Source: a bacterium
GTDB lineage: Bacteria; Zhuqueibacterota; Zhuqueibacteria; Oceanimicrobiales; Oceanimicrobiaceae
Direction: 5' to 3'
Assembly: GCA_046757525.1 (NCBI GenBank)
Contig: JBHHYI010000001.1
Span: 1 to 64,000 of the forward strand
Length of the DNA: 64,000 nucleotides
The notes under the pieces were generated by a model. The model saw only the letters and a list, made by a program, of their open reading frames with translations, was not told the origin of the DNA and did not search any database. The position numbers were made by a program, and so were the translations under genes. Below are positions 49,640-59,475 of this stretch, piece after piece (within the stretch, counting starts at the first letter, position 1; each line of letters starts with the position of its first letter).

Positions 49640-50705
49640 TTTGCCATTGTTGATGCTGCTCTTGCTCGACATTCCGTTGGGACACACCCAGGAAGGTCGA
49701 TTGCGCTATCGGGCTGATGTGTTCAAACGGGAGCGCGTGGGTCGACAGGTACTGCAGATTTTTGAAGGGCACGTGAGATTTGAGCAGAATCAAACGAAAA
49801 TAAGCTGTGACAAAGCCGTTCAGTATGTGGGTCTGGGCAAGACCATTCTGAGCGGTACGGTCGAGATCAATGACAAGAACCGCACCTTGTTTGCCGATAC
49901 CGTTTACTTTTATGATCGGGTGAAAATGGAGGTTGCAGTCGGCAAGGTGCGTGTGGTGGCTGATGCGGACACGACCACGGGGAACCGCATGACATACTAC
50001 GAGGCCCAGGACAGTCTGGTGTCCGAGGGTGACGTCGAAGTGATCAGCCCCAAAGAACAGACGCGGCTAACGGGTGGCTATCTCAGTTACAATAGAGCCA
50101 GCGGGGCTGGCATGGTGTTAAAAAATCCGGTTTTGATTCAATACGACAGTCTGAACACTGAGATGATGCGCATTGTCAGTGACACCTTGGAGACTTTTGA
50201 GGGAGGCAGCCATGTTCGAGCAATTCACAACGTCGACATAAAGCAGGCAGGCATTGAAGCGACCTGCGGAAAGGCGGATTACTTCAAACCGCACGGTCTG
50301 GTAGTATTGCGGGACCATCCCAGGGCCTGGCAACGGAATCAACAAATCTCAGGCGACACGTTGGAAATCTATTTGAAAGAGTCAAAACTGCAGCGTGCAA
50401 GGGCGTTAGGCCACGCGATCACCACCTCTGATGCCGACACTTTGAACAAGGGGCGTTGGGTCAACAAGTTGACGGGTCAGCGCATCGATTTGTACTTTGT
50501 TGACGAAAAGCTCGAGAAAGTCATTGTAGCGGACCAGGCTACCAGCGTTTATCATATCATAGAAGACGATCAGTACAAAGGTGCTAACGAGGTTTCCGGG
50601 GACCAGATCACGCTGTTTTTGTCCGCAAAAGGCGCGGTGAGCCGGATTCATGTTGAAAGCAGTCCTGGAAGTTCTAATGGAAAATACAAACCGCCGAGCA
50701 TTTGA
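49623..50705 (+). CDS. lptA: LptA/OstA-like beta-jellyroll protein (long, repeated)
   Basis: Signal peptide; repeats GHVRF..CDKA, ADTV, GDTL, GDQI; between lptC and lptB. Confidence 0.75.
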   Translation: MVARISLPLLMLLLLDIPLGHTQEGRLRYRADVFKRERVGRQVLQIFEGHVRFEQNQTKISCDKAVQYVGLGKTILSGTVEINDKNRTLFADTVYFYDRVKMEVAVGKVRVVADADTTTGNRMTYYEAQDSLVSEGDVEVISPKEQTRLTGGYLSYNRASGAGMVLKNPVLIQYDSLNTEMMRIVSDTLETFEGGSHVRAIHNVDIKQAGIEATCGKADYFKPHGLVVLRDHPRAWQRNQQISGDTLEIYLKESKLQRARALGHAITTSDADTLNKGRWVNKLTGQRIDLYFVDEKLEKVIVADQATSVYHIIEDDQYKGANEVSGDQITLFLSAKGAVSRIHVESSPGSSNGKYKPPSI

Positions 50706-52114
50706 AAATAAATTCAATGGTTCGAGAACACGATGGGCACAAATACTCATTCTTAAACCAGAATAAAGAGCAAGGTGATTCCCAGGAATATCGATTGGCT
50801 CCAGATTATTTGACGGCGACTTATGACAAATTGCTCAAGACTACGGAAGAAGAAGTCGGCCGATTGGTCGTAATCAGTGATGACGATGAGTGCCGGAAAT
50901 CTTTCATCTCGCTGTTGACCGGCGGATATTATGCCTCGAAGAAGATCGAGCTCATACAGTCGAAATACATTGAATTAGGGAAGGTCATAACGCACAACAA
51001 GAACAAGCTGGAGATATTCGGGATTTCTGTTGAACGGAGGTTCTTGCAAAAGTTAGAACGGATGGCAGAGAGCCTGGTTGGGTACATTCTCTTGATTGGT
51101 ACCAAGAAAGCTTACGACAAAATGAGCTACTTGGGATATTTAATGAATACTCTCAGAAAGAACATCGAGGTGCCTTATGTGGTGGCGTTTGACCGTTCCC
51201 GGGACCCGCGCGGCAAGCACGTGCCGTTCATTCAACACGCTTTGCGATTAGATGAGCAGGAGCCATTTGTGGAATTCGACATACACAAAATTGCCAGTGT
51301 GAATCGTTTGTTACATGAGCTTATACCAGCTACTACCACGATGAAGATGCCAAAGACTCAAGATAGAACCCGAGAAGAAGCCCCTCCGGCCAGGTTAAGG
51401 TCGGAAAACCTGGTTAAAATTTACAAGAAGCGCAAGGTTGTAACCGGGGTCAGCGTCGAATTGAAGCAGGGGGAAATCGTTGGTTTGCTGGGACCGAACG
51501 GTGCAGGCAAAACCACAACCTTTTACATGATCACTGGCATGGTCCGGGCCAATGCGGGCAGAATATTCATCGATGATCGGGACATTACGACCTTGCCCAT
51601 GTACAAACGCGCCCGCCTGGGGATCGGTTATCTCTCGCAGGAACCTTCCATTTTCAGGAGGCTCACAGTTGAGCAGAATATCATGGCTATCCTTGAGACC
51701 ATGCACCTTTCCAAAAAGGAACGCAGGAATCGCCTGGCAGAGCTGTTGGAAGAGTTGAACATTGCCCCCTTAGCCAAAAACAAGGCCTACACGCTTTCCG
51801 GCGGAGAACGTCGACGCGTGGAAATAACCCGGGCGCTGGTGACTAAGCCCAAATTCATGTTGCTCGACGAGCCCTTTGCTGGTGTGGATCCAATCGCTGT
51901 GGAAGAAATCCAAGAGATTATTCAGAAGTTGAAGCTCAGGGGCATCGGGGTGCTCGTTACAGATCACAACGTCTATGAGACGCTTTCCATTACCGATCGC
52001 GCCTATCTGATGTACGAGGGGGTTGTGCTAAAGTCTGGCACCGCGCAGTTCTTAGCCAGCGATCCCGAAGCCATTAAACTGTACTTAGGAGAAAAGTTTC
52101 GATTGGATCGTTAG
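50702..52114 (+). CDS. lptB: LPS export ATPase LptB fused to an N-terminal GTPase-like domain
   Basis: C-terminal ~240 aa: [52 protein letters not shown]; ~230 extra N-terminal aa in frame. Confidence 0.93.
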   Translation: MKINSMVREHDGHKYSFLNQNKEQGDSQEYRLAPDYLTATYDKLLKTTEEEVGRLVVISDDDECRKSFISLLTGGYYASKKIELIQSKYIELGKVITHNKNKLEIFGISVERRFLQKLERMAESLVGYILLIGTKKAYDKMSYLGYLMNTLRKNIEVPYVVAFDRSRDPRGKHVPFIQHALRLDEQEPFVEFDIHKIASVNRLLHELIPATTTMKMPKTQDRTREEAPPARLRSENLVKIYKKRKVVTGVSVELKQGEIVGLLGPNGAGKTTTFYMITGMVRANAGRIFIDDRDITTLPMYKRARLGIGYLSQEPSIFRRLTVEQNIMAILETMHLSKKERRNRLAELLEELNIAPLAKNKAYTLSGGERRRVEITRALVTKPKFMLLDEPFAGVDPIAVEEIQEIIQKLKLRGIGVLVTDHNVYETLSITDRAYLMYEGVVLKSGTAQFLASDPEAIKLYLGEKFRLDR

Positions 52115-52164
52115 GCAGATGCCATTGAATGGTGTTTGATTGAATATCAGGAGAACCCGATAGC

Positions 52165-53610
52165 ATGGTAAATTTAGTTCAAAGACTTAGCATGCAGCTA
52201 AAACAGTCGCCTCAACAGGTGCTGTTATCTTCTCTACTCCAACTTCCACTATTGAGCCTGGAGCAAAAACTAAAATATGAGCTGGAGATGAACCCGTTGC
52301 TTGAAATCGATGAAGAGATAGAAGTAGCAGAGGAAATGCAAGAAGAACCTGAACTGAATGCTGAGCTGGACGACAAGGATCAAAGCACAGATGGGGAATT
52401 GGAGCCAAGCGAAGATGCCACCGATGATTTCGACAAAAATGAAGTTGACTGGGATGCCATATTGAATGATGAAGACAATTATGAGTTTCGCATGCCGAGA
52501 GACCATAGCGCCGAGATATTTGAACGGCCAGAAGTGGCGCAAACCACCCTGCCGGAGCACCTTTTAAGTCAGCTTCATCTGATAGATTTATCTGAGGAGG
52601 AAACGGCGATTGGGGAATATATTATCTGGAACATCAACGAAGACGGCTACCTGTCTGTTTCGCTGGAACTCATAGCCGAAAACCTGGACCAGCCTATTGA
52701 TAAGATCGAAAAGGTTTTAAGTGTAGTTCAACAACTTGATCCCGTAGGCATTGGAGCCAGGAACCTGCAAGAGTGTCTGCTCATTCAAATGCTCGACAGG
52801 AATCCGGAAGATCACATCGCCATCACCATTTTGCGCGAGCACTTCGAAGATTTTACCAACAAACGCTTTGAAAAGATCACCAAGAAAATGAATATCACGC
52901 TGGATGACATCCGTAGAGCCATGGATGAGATCACCAAACTAAACCCGAAACCCGGTGAAGGCTATGTCACCTACCACCAGAATGTCATCATCCCCGATTT
53001 GGTCGTAGAGAGGGAGGACGGTGAGTTCAAAATCGTCATGAACGACTGGAACGTTCCCCACCTGAGGATCAATAATTCTTACAAGCGGCTGTTGTTAGAT
53101 AAGAAGCATACTTCCAAGGACACCAAGGACTACATTCGGCAAAGCCTGGAGTCTGCTCGCTGGTTGATCAATTCAATCCATCAAAGGCGGGCGACGATCT
53201 TGCGCGTCATGGAAGCCATCATCGACAAACAAAGGCCATTCTTCGAAAGGGGCAAGGATTATCTTAAGCCGATGATTTTGAAGGATATCGCAGATGAGAT
53301 TGGCATGGATATCTCTACCATCAGCCGGGTCACCAACGGCAAGTATGTTCAGACCGAACATGGTGTGTTCGAGCTAAAATACTTCTTTAGCGAAAGAATC
53401 AAAAGCGGTACCGGCGAGGATGTCTCCAACAAGAAAATAAAAGGCTTGATTAAGGAAATGATTGCCCAAGAGGATCCGCACAAGCCATTAAACGATCAAA
53501 AGATTGCGGAGATGTTGAAGACCGAGGGCTTCAGTGTGGCGCGCAGAACTGTTGCAAAGTACCGTGAGCAAATGATGATCCCGGTATCCCGTCTGAGGAG
53601 GAAGATTTAA
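52165..53610 (+). CDS. rpoN: RNA polymerase sigma-54 factor
   Basis: NPLLE, DPVGIGAR, STISRVT, RpoN box ARRTVAKYRE. Confidence 0.98.
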   Translation: MVNLVQRLSMQLKQSPQQVLLSSLLQLPLLSLEQKLKYELEMNPLLEIDEEIEVAEEMQEEPELNAELDDKDQSTDGELEPSEDATDDFDKNEVDWDAILNDEDNYEFRMPRDHSAEIFERPEVAQTTLPEHLLSQLHLIDLSEEETAIGEYIIWNINEDGYLSVSLELIAENLDQPIDKIEKVLSVVQQLDPVGIGARNLQECLLIQMLDRNPEDHIAITILREHFEDFTNKRFEKITKKMNITLDDIRRAMDEITKLNPKPGEGYVTYHQNVIIPDLVVEREDGEFKIVMNDWNVPHLRINNSYKRLLLDKKHTSKDTKDYIRQSLESARWLINSIHQRRATILRVMEAIIDKQRPFFERGKDYLKPMILKDIADEIGMDISTISRVTNGKYVQTEHGVFELKYFFSERIKSGTGEDVSNKKIKGLIKEMIAQEDPHKPLNDQKIAEMLKTEGFSVARRTVAKYREQMMIPVSRLRRKI

Positions 53611-53774
53611 CCTGAATAATCCACTTCAAAAACTGAGTTTTTAAGTGAAAATTGCACGGTATTTAAGTTGTTTGACATGGGGATGTCATTATTACCAAAA
53701 AAATAATAAATTACCAGAAAAACTCAGTTTTTTGGGTTAGGTTAAATAAGACTTCTATAAATTATTCAGGTTAA
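53607..53774. repeat. 168-bp AT-rich MITE-like element with 14-bp perfect terminal inverted repeats
   Basis: TTAACCTGAATAAT (53607-53620) / ATTATTCAGGTTAA (53761-53774); inner IR AAAAACTGAGTTTTT (53628-53642) / AAAAACTCAGTTTTT (53718-53732). Confidence 0.65.
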
Positions 53775-53781
53775 GTCAAAA

Positions 53782-54321
53782 ATGGATCGCAATAGGATTA
53801 GAAGCACAACCATCTTGGCCGTGCAGCACAAAGACAAAGCGGCTATCGGAGGCGATGGGCAGGTGACCTTTGGCGAGTCTGTCTTAAAAATGCACGCAAA
53901 GAAGGTGCGGAGAATGTACAAGGATGCGGTTGTGGCTGGCTTTGCCGGCGCCTCTGCCGATGCCATCACGCTGTTTGAAAAGTTTGAAAACCGTCTTGAA
54001 ATGTACGGCGGCAACCTGAGCCGCGCCGCGGTAGAACTGGCGAAAGAATGGCGTACCGATCGGTATCTCAGGAGGCTGGAAGCGCAGCTCATCGTGATGA
54101 ACCGAGATGGGTTGTTTCTCATCTCCGGGACCGGGGACGTGGTGGAACCCGACGACAACGTGATTGCCATCGGTACAGGGGCAGGCTACGCCATGGCTGC
54201 CGCTCGCGCTTTGATTCGGCATTCTGAGCTGGACGCAAAAAACATCGTGCAAGAATCGTTGCAAATTGCTTCAGACATTTGTATTTATACGAACTCGAAC
54301 TTGATCGTCGAAGAACTCTGA
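53782..54321 (+). CDS. hslV: ATP-dependent protease subunit HslV
   Basis: [38 protein letters not shown]. Confidence 0.97.
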   Translation: MDRNRIRSTTILAVQHKDKAAIGGDGQVTFGESVLKMHAKKVRRMYKDAVVAGFAGASADAITLFEKFENRLEMYGGNLSRAAVELAKEWRTDRYLRRLEAQLIVMNRDGLFLISGTGDVVEPDDNVIAIGTGAGYAMAAARALIRHSELDAKNIVQESLQIASDICIYTNSNLIVEEL

Positions 54322-54336
54322 TTAAGGAATTGCTCA

Positions 54337-55704
54337 ATGCGTGATATCAAGGAATTCACCCCAAGGCAAATTGTTGAACAATTAGATAAGTACATCATTG
54401 GTCAGGACAAGGCCAAGAAGTCGGTTGCGATTGCCTTGAGAAATCGCTGGCGCAGGTTGCAGGTGCCTGAAAAGCTGCAAGAAGAAATCATGCCCAACAA
54501 CATCATCTTGATCGGGCCGACCGGGGTTGGGAAAACGGAAATAGCGCGCCGACTGGCCCGTCTGGCAAATGCTCCTTTCGTTAAAGTAGAAGCTTCAAAG
54601 TTTACCGAAGTGGGCTACGTGGGGCGGGATGTGGAATCCATGATCCGCGAACTCACCGATTTAGCCGTCTCCATGGTCAAATCTGAAAAGACCGAACAGG
54701 TGCAGGCATTAGCTCGAAAACATGCCAATGAACGTCTGTTGGACATCCTATTGCCCGTCCGTAAAAGCAAAGCCCGTGTGGGTTATGAAAACAACGATGA
54801 AGAAAGCCCCGAAGAAAGGTACCAGCGTTCGCGTGAGAAATTCAAGAAACAATTGGAAGACGGCGATCTGGAAGACCGCATGGTCGAACTGGACGTAAGT
54901 AGTGAACAATTCCCTTTGATGCAAATCATCTCCCCTATGGGCGTTGAAGAAATGGGGGTCAATCTGCAAGAAATCTTTGGGGGCATGATGCCCAAAAAGT
55001 CGAAGCGACGGAAAATGAAGATTACGGATGCCCGAAACCACTTGATTCAGGAGGAAGCGCAAAAACTCATCGACATGGATCAGGTGGTTCAGGAGGCCAT
55101 AAATAGAGTACAAAATGCGGGGATTGTGTTCCTGGATGAAATAGACAAGATTGCCGGCAGCGATTCCGGCAAAAGCGGTCCCGATGTCTCCCGGGAAGGG
55201 GTTCAGCGGGATTTGTTGCCCGTGGTGGAAGGCACCAGCGTTTTTACAAAGTATGGCATGGTGAAAACGGATCATATTCTTTTCATTGCTTCCGGGGCTT
55301 TTCATCTTTCCAAGCCTTCAGATCTGATTCCGGAACTCCAGGGCCGATTTCCCATTCGGGTCGAGCTTGCAAGCCTGACGGCCGATGATTTTGTGCGCAT
55401 TCTTACCGAGCCGGAAAACGCGTTGGTCGAGCAATACAAGGCCTTGTTGAAATCAGAGAATGTGGACCTGGTCTTTACCAATGGTGCTGTTCGTGAAATC
55501 GCGAACATTGCCAGCCAGGTCAACGAGAGGACGGAAAACATCGGGGCGCGCAGACTTCATACCGTGTTGACCGCTTTGTTAGAAGAGGTGCTTTTTGAGT
55601 TGCCCGATGCAAAAATCAAAAAGGTAGAAATCAACAAAGAAAAAGTACGGGAGACGTTGAGCGAGATCGTAGAGGACGAAGATTTAAGTCGCTATATTTT
55701 GTAG
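54337..55704 (+). CDS. hslU: ATP-dependent protease ATPase HslU
   Basis: [50 protein letters not shown]. Confidence 0.98.
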   Translation: MRDIKEFTPRQIVEQLDKYIIGQDKAKKSVAIALRNRWRRLQVPEKLQEEIMPNNIILIGPTGVGKTEIARRLARLANAPFVKVEASKFTEVGYVGRDVESMIRELTDLAVSMVKSEKTEQVQALARKHANERLLDILLPVRKSKARVGYENNDEESPEERYQRSREKFKKQLEDGDLEDRMVELDVSSEQFPLMQIISPMGVEEMGVNLQEIFGGMMPKKSKRRKMKITDARNHLIQEEAQKLIDMDQVVQEAINRVQNAGIVFLDEIDKIAGSDSGKSGPDVSREGVQRDLLPVVEGTSVFTKYGMVKTDHILFIASGAFHLSKPSDLIPELQGRFPIRVELASLTADDFVRILTEPENALVEQYKALLKSENVDLVFTNGAVREIANIASQVNERTENIGARRLHTVLTALLEEVLFELPDAKIKKVEINKEKVRETLSEIVEDEDLSRYIL

Positions 55705-55789
55705 TTGTTGAACGCCGTCGAATTTTGACCGTTTGCAATTCGCAAGAAAAGAACCGCCAGATTTACTGCTTGTGAAAGGAGTCCCACCG

Positions 55790-56701
55790 TTGCAAAAGCA
55801 TTTCTTGTCAATCGCTGAGCTAAGCAGAGATGAAATATTTGAGATCTTTGATCTGGCCCGAGATTTAAAGAACAGACAAAAGCGCGGCCAGGAGCACAAA
55901 ATACTGGCTGGCAAGACTCTGGCCATGATTTTTCAAAAGCCTTCTGCGCGAACGCGCGTTTCTTTTGAAGTCGGCATGTTTCAATTGGGCGGGCATGCGC
56001 TCTACTTGGGCCCCAACGACATTCAGATTGGCAAGCGGGAGTCTATTAGTGACGTTGCCCGCACGCTTTCCCGTTTTGTGGACATCATCATGGCCAGGAT
56101 GTTTGGGCACGCCGATATCGTTGAATTAGCCGAATTCGCTTCCGTTCCCGTGATCAATGGACTCACCGACCTGTTACACCCGTGTCAAATCATGGCCGAT
56201 CTTTTCACCATATTGGAACACCGGCAGCAGTTAGAGGATTTGAAAATAACGTATATTGGCGACGGCAACAATGTAGCCAATTCCTGGCTCAACATGGCCA
56301 CCAGGGTGCCCATGACGCTCAATCTCGCCATCCCTGAAGAGTACGATCCTCCTGAGGAGATTCTGGCGCAGGCTACATCGAGCGAGATCAGCCACGTGCA
56401 AATTTTCAGGAATCCGGCGGAGGCCTGTGAGGGCTGTCACGTCCTGTACACAGACGTGTGGGCTAGCATGGGTCAGGAAGCCGAAGCCGAGCAGAGAAAG
56501 AAGGCGTTCCGGGATTTTCAAGTCAACCAGGCGTTGCTGCAGCGTGCCGATCCCAAGTGCCTGGTCATGCATTGTTTGCCGGCCCACCGAGGGGAAGAGA
56601 TCACCGACGAGGTGATCGAAGGTCCCCGTTCGGTCGTTTTCGATGAAGCTGAAAACCGGCTGCACGTTCAAAAAGCCATTTTGGTTAAGCTTTTAGAATG
56701 A
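55790..56701 (+). CDS. argF: Ornithine carbamoyltransferase
   Basis: PSARTRVSF, HPCQ, DVWASMG, HCLPAHRG; TTG 55790 after AAGGAG. Confidence 0.95.
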   Translation: MQKHFLSIAELSRDEIFEIFDLARDLKNRQKRGQEHKILAGKTLAMIFQKPSARTRVSFEVGMFQLGGHALYLGPNDIQIGKRESISDVARTLSRFVDIIMARMFGHADIVELAEFASVPVINGLTDLLHPCQIMADLFTILEHRQQLEDLKITYIGDGNNVANSWLNMATRVPMTLNLAIPEEYDPPEEILAQATSSEISHVQIFRNPAEACEGCHVLYTDVWASMGQEAEAEQRKKAFRDFQVNQALLQRADPKCLVMHCLPAHRGEEITDEVIEGPRSVVFDEAENRLHVQKAILVKLLE

Positions 56702-57714
56702 TCGCAAGAGAGAAAGCCTACAAGGATATCGAGGAAACCAAGAGAATCGATGTCCAGTATTTTGCAGACCGCTTCTCGGACCGGTGGGACACATTTGTGT
56801 GGAATGCAAATAACGGCTCGCTATTTCACACGCGAAGGTTTCTAAACTACCATCCCAAATATCGATTTCAAGATGTCTCACTGGTTTTTTCGAAAGGAAA
56901 CAAATGGCTGGCTCTGTTGCCCGCCGCCGTTGAGAAAACCGGAAGCCTCAAATCACTGGTCTCGCATCCTGGCACTTCCTTTGCCGGATTTGTTCTGAAT
57001 GACAACCACTCAATTAGAGATGTCTTCCGAATGATCAAGGCCTTTGTTCAGTTTGCTCACAAGCATGAATTCGCTAAAATAATTTTGACCATTCCTCCGC
57101 AAATTTATTATTCGCGTCCCAGCAACTACTTGGAATTTGCGCTCCTGGAGGCGGGTTTTGTTTACCAAAAAAGAGAAGTGTCCAGTGTCATTCCGCTGGA
57201 TTTTTCTGAAGAGGACATTCTCACCATTTTTAGCCCGGAATCGAGCCGGGCGGTGCGCAAGGCCATCCGATGCGGGGTACAAGTTCATGAAAATGAAGAC
57301 CTTGGGCCATTTTATGGCCTTTTAGAAAAGAACCTCAAGCTTAGACACAATGTCCAACCGACTCACACCCTTGCAGAATTGCAGCACCTAAAACGGATAT
57401 TTCCAGACCGAATCAGGCTATTTGAGGCTACCCTGGGTGAGAAAACGATCGCCGGTATCGTGCTTTTCATTTGCAATGCCAAGGTCGCTCTGGCCTTTTA
57501 TGTGAGTCATGATGAGCGAATGCAAGAATACAGGGCGGTTAATTTTCTGTTTTATCATGTCATACGTTGGGCAATCTGGCAAAGACTAAAGTTTTTGGAC
57601 TTTGGCATATTTACCGTGAATATGAAGCCCAATTGGGGCCTGGCCCGATTCAAGGAGAGTTTTGGCGCCCAGGGCATCTTTCGTGACACCCTGGTAAAAG
57701 AGATCGAGACGTAG
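56698..57714 (+). CDS. GNAT/FemAB-like acyltransferase
   Basis: WDTFV..NGSLFH, SHPG, VRKA, HTLAEL, LDFG, GLARFKESFGA. Confidence 0.8.
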   Translation: MIAREKAYKDIEETKRIDVQYFADRFSDRWDTFVWNANNGSLFHTRRFLNYHPKYRFQDVSLVFSKGNKWLALLPAAVEKTGSLKSLVSHPGTSFAGFVLNDNHSIRDVFRMIKAFVQFAHKHEFAKIILTIPPQIYYSRPSNYLEFALLEAGFVYQKREVSSVIPLDFSEEDILTIFSPESSRAVRKAIRCGVQVHENEDLGPFYGLLEKNLKLRHNVQPTHTLAELQHLKRIFPDRIRLFEATLGEKTIAGIVLFICNAKVALAFYVSHDERMQEYRAVNFLFYHVIRWAIWQRLKFLDFGIFTVNMKPNWGLARFKESFGAQGIFRDTLVKEIET

Positions 57715-57780
57715 CCGCCAACCTCAGATCGTTGGGCTTCGAGGCTGTTGGTTTGCTCCGCGTGTTTCCTAAAAGCCCCC

Positions 57781-58213
57781 GCAATCCGGCAGCCGCCGGA
57801 TTGCTTTCAATGTCGGAAACGCCAAGCCAGCCCTGTCATGCAGGAGGCTTCTTGTTACAAGTCAGCACGGTGTAGCCAGCGGACAAGATTCCTCCTGAAT
57901 GACACTGGAGGGTGTAATAAAGGACGGCGACAGCGAGGCGTTTCCTGAAAGCACTGTGCGAGTCATCCCGAGTAGGTCGCTGCTGTTCAAGTGACCGTAT
58001 CGAGGGGTGACGGACGTCGATACGAAATTCCCCTTTTTGAAAGGGGGACGGTTTTTGAAGCGTCCAGCGAAAAAACCAGGGGGATTTTAGGAGGCGTCCT
58101 GAAAACCCAAGCTAAGGTGCTGTCGGCCAGACATCCCTCTGATTTTCGCTCTGAACGAGCGAAAATCTGTCTCCCTTCAAAGGGAGAATGGCCTCGCAAA
58201 CGAGACGTTTGCG
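57781..58213. repeat. Mosaic of REP-like palindromic elements
   Basis: Hairpins at 57781-57804, 57834-57904, 57962-58011; inverted pair 58027-58087 / 58131-58189; hairpin 58195-58213. Confidence 0.75.
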
Positions 58214-58230
58214 CGACGGGCAACGGCTTC

Positions 58231-59307
58231 ATGAGTTTAAGAATCATACATATTGCCCCTTTTAACACCTCGGGTGTCCCCATGGCTCTGGTCAAAGCTG
58301 AAAGGAAGCTGGGTCACTACAGCCGCTTGGTCACCCTGGGGCGGGATTTGAGGCATTACGAAGAAGATATTTGTCTGGATTTACCATTCATGAATTCCTG
58401 GGCTACCCGGTTAGCGAAGAGAATCGTTGTCCATCCGGACAGGCTTTCCGTGCACAACAACTACAAAATGCCTGAAACGATTCCTCCGGTTTGGCAGCCC
58501 AACGGGCCGGCTGAAAAAATAGGGATCGCCCTGCGCGAGTGGCTGTGGAAACGCCGAATCGAGCAACTGTTTGAGTCGTGTGATTTTTGGAACTTCGACA
58601 TTTACCAGTTGGACGGGGGGCTGGAGTTCTTCAGAAATGGCCAGACCATCAAGAAACTCAAGGCGTTGCACAAAAAAGTTATTTGCTGCTACACCGGCAG
58701 CGATTTGCGTACAAGAGGCGTTTTGCCCAACGTTGATGCCCTAACGGATCTCAATGTTACTCTGGAATTCGACCATTTAAAACTGCATGAAAAGATTCAC
58801 CACGTTTTTTTCCCCTTTGACGTCAGCAGATACGAATTAAGGGCAGAGCCCGAGGGGGCCACGATCAGGATTGGGCATGCGCCCACAAATCGCGCGGCCA
58901 AAGGCAGCGAGGTCATCATCTCTGCTATTCAGGAGCTGCAATCGGAATTCTCAGTCGACTTGGAATTGATCGAGAATTTGCCACATGAGGAAGCGCTCAA
59001 AAGGAAGGCAAGATGTCACATATTTGTGGACCAAATAGGCATGCTGGGCTACGGCATCAACTCACTCGAGGCACTGGCTATGGGCATTCCCACGTGTTCC
59101 TGTCTGGCCCCCGGTTTTGAAAAGGAATACTCCGATCATCCTTTCATCGTCATCGATGCGTCCAACATCAAAGCACGGTTGCGAGAATTGGTGCGCAGCA
59201 GAGAATTGCGACAGGCAAAGGGTAGCCAGGGCCGGCATTGGGTGCAAACCCACCACGACAGTCTCAAGGTTGTACAGAAGATTCATGCATTGGCTGGCTT
59301 GACTTAG
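58231..59307 (+). CDS. GT-B glycosyltransferase (GT4-like)
   Basis: IIHIAP N-terminus, HAPTNRAAKGS, DQIG..GYGINSLEALAMGIP. Confidence 0.82.
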   Translation: MSLRIIHIAPFNTSGVPMALVKAERKLGHYSRLVTLGRDLRHYEEDICLDLPFMNSWATRLAKRIVVHPDRLSVHNNYKMPETIPPVWQPNGPAEKIGIALREWLWKRRIEQLFESCDFWNFDIYQLDGGLEFFRNGQTIKKLKALHKKVICCYTGSDLRTRGVLPNVDALTDLNVTLEFDHLKLHEKIHHVFFPFDVSRYELRAEPEGATIRIGHAPTNRAAKGSEVIISAIQELQSEFSVDLELIENLPHEEALKRKARCHIFVDQIGMLGYGINSLEALAMGIPTCSCLAPGFEKEYSDHPFIVIDASNIKARLRELVRSRELRQAKGSQGRHWVQTHHDSLKVVQKIHALAGLT

Positions 59308-59475
59308 TTTCTGTTTGGTAGAATGCCATTCCCAAATGCTTTCGGACCGTGTGAAACTGAAGATGTGATTTGAATCGCCAGAAGAGCATAATCGAGGCAA
59401 GGGGCACTTCTACAATCTTTTGCAACAGAAATGCTCAGGCCTCAGGAGTAACAAATTCAAATTGGTTTGGGGTAA

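Noticed and set aside
57748..58230. ORF 57748-57948 and the 80-aa extension of the glycosyltransferase from 57991
   Set aside because: Read-through of palindromic repeats (PLFERG and PSKGE are repeat-derived); the GT fold begins at ATG 58231.
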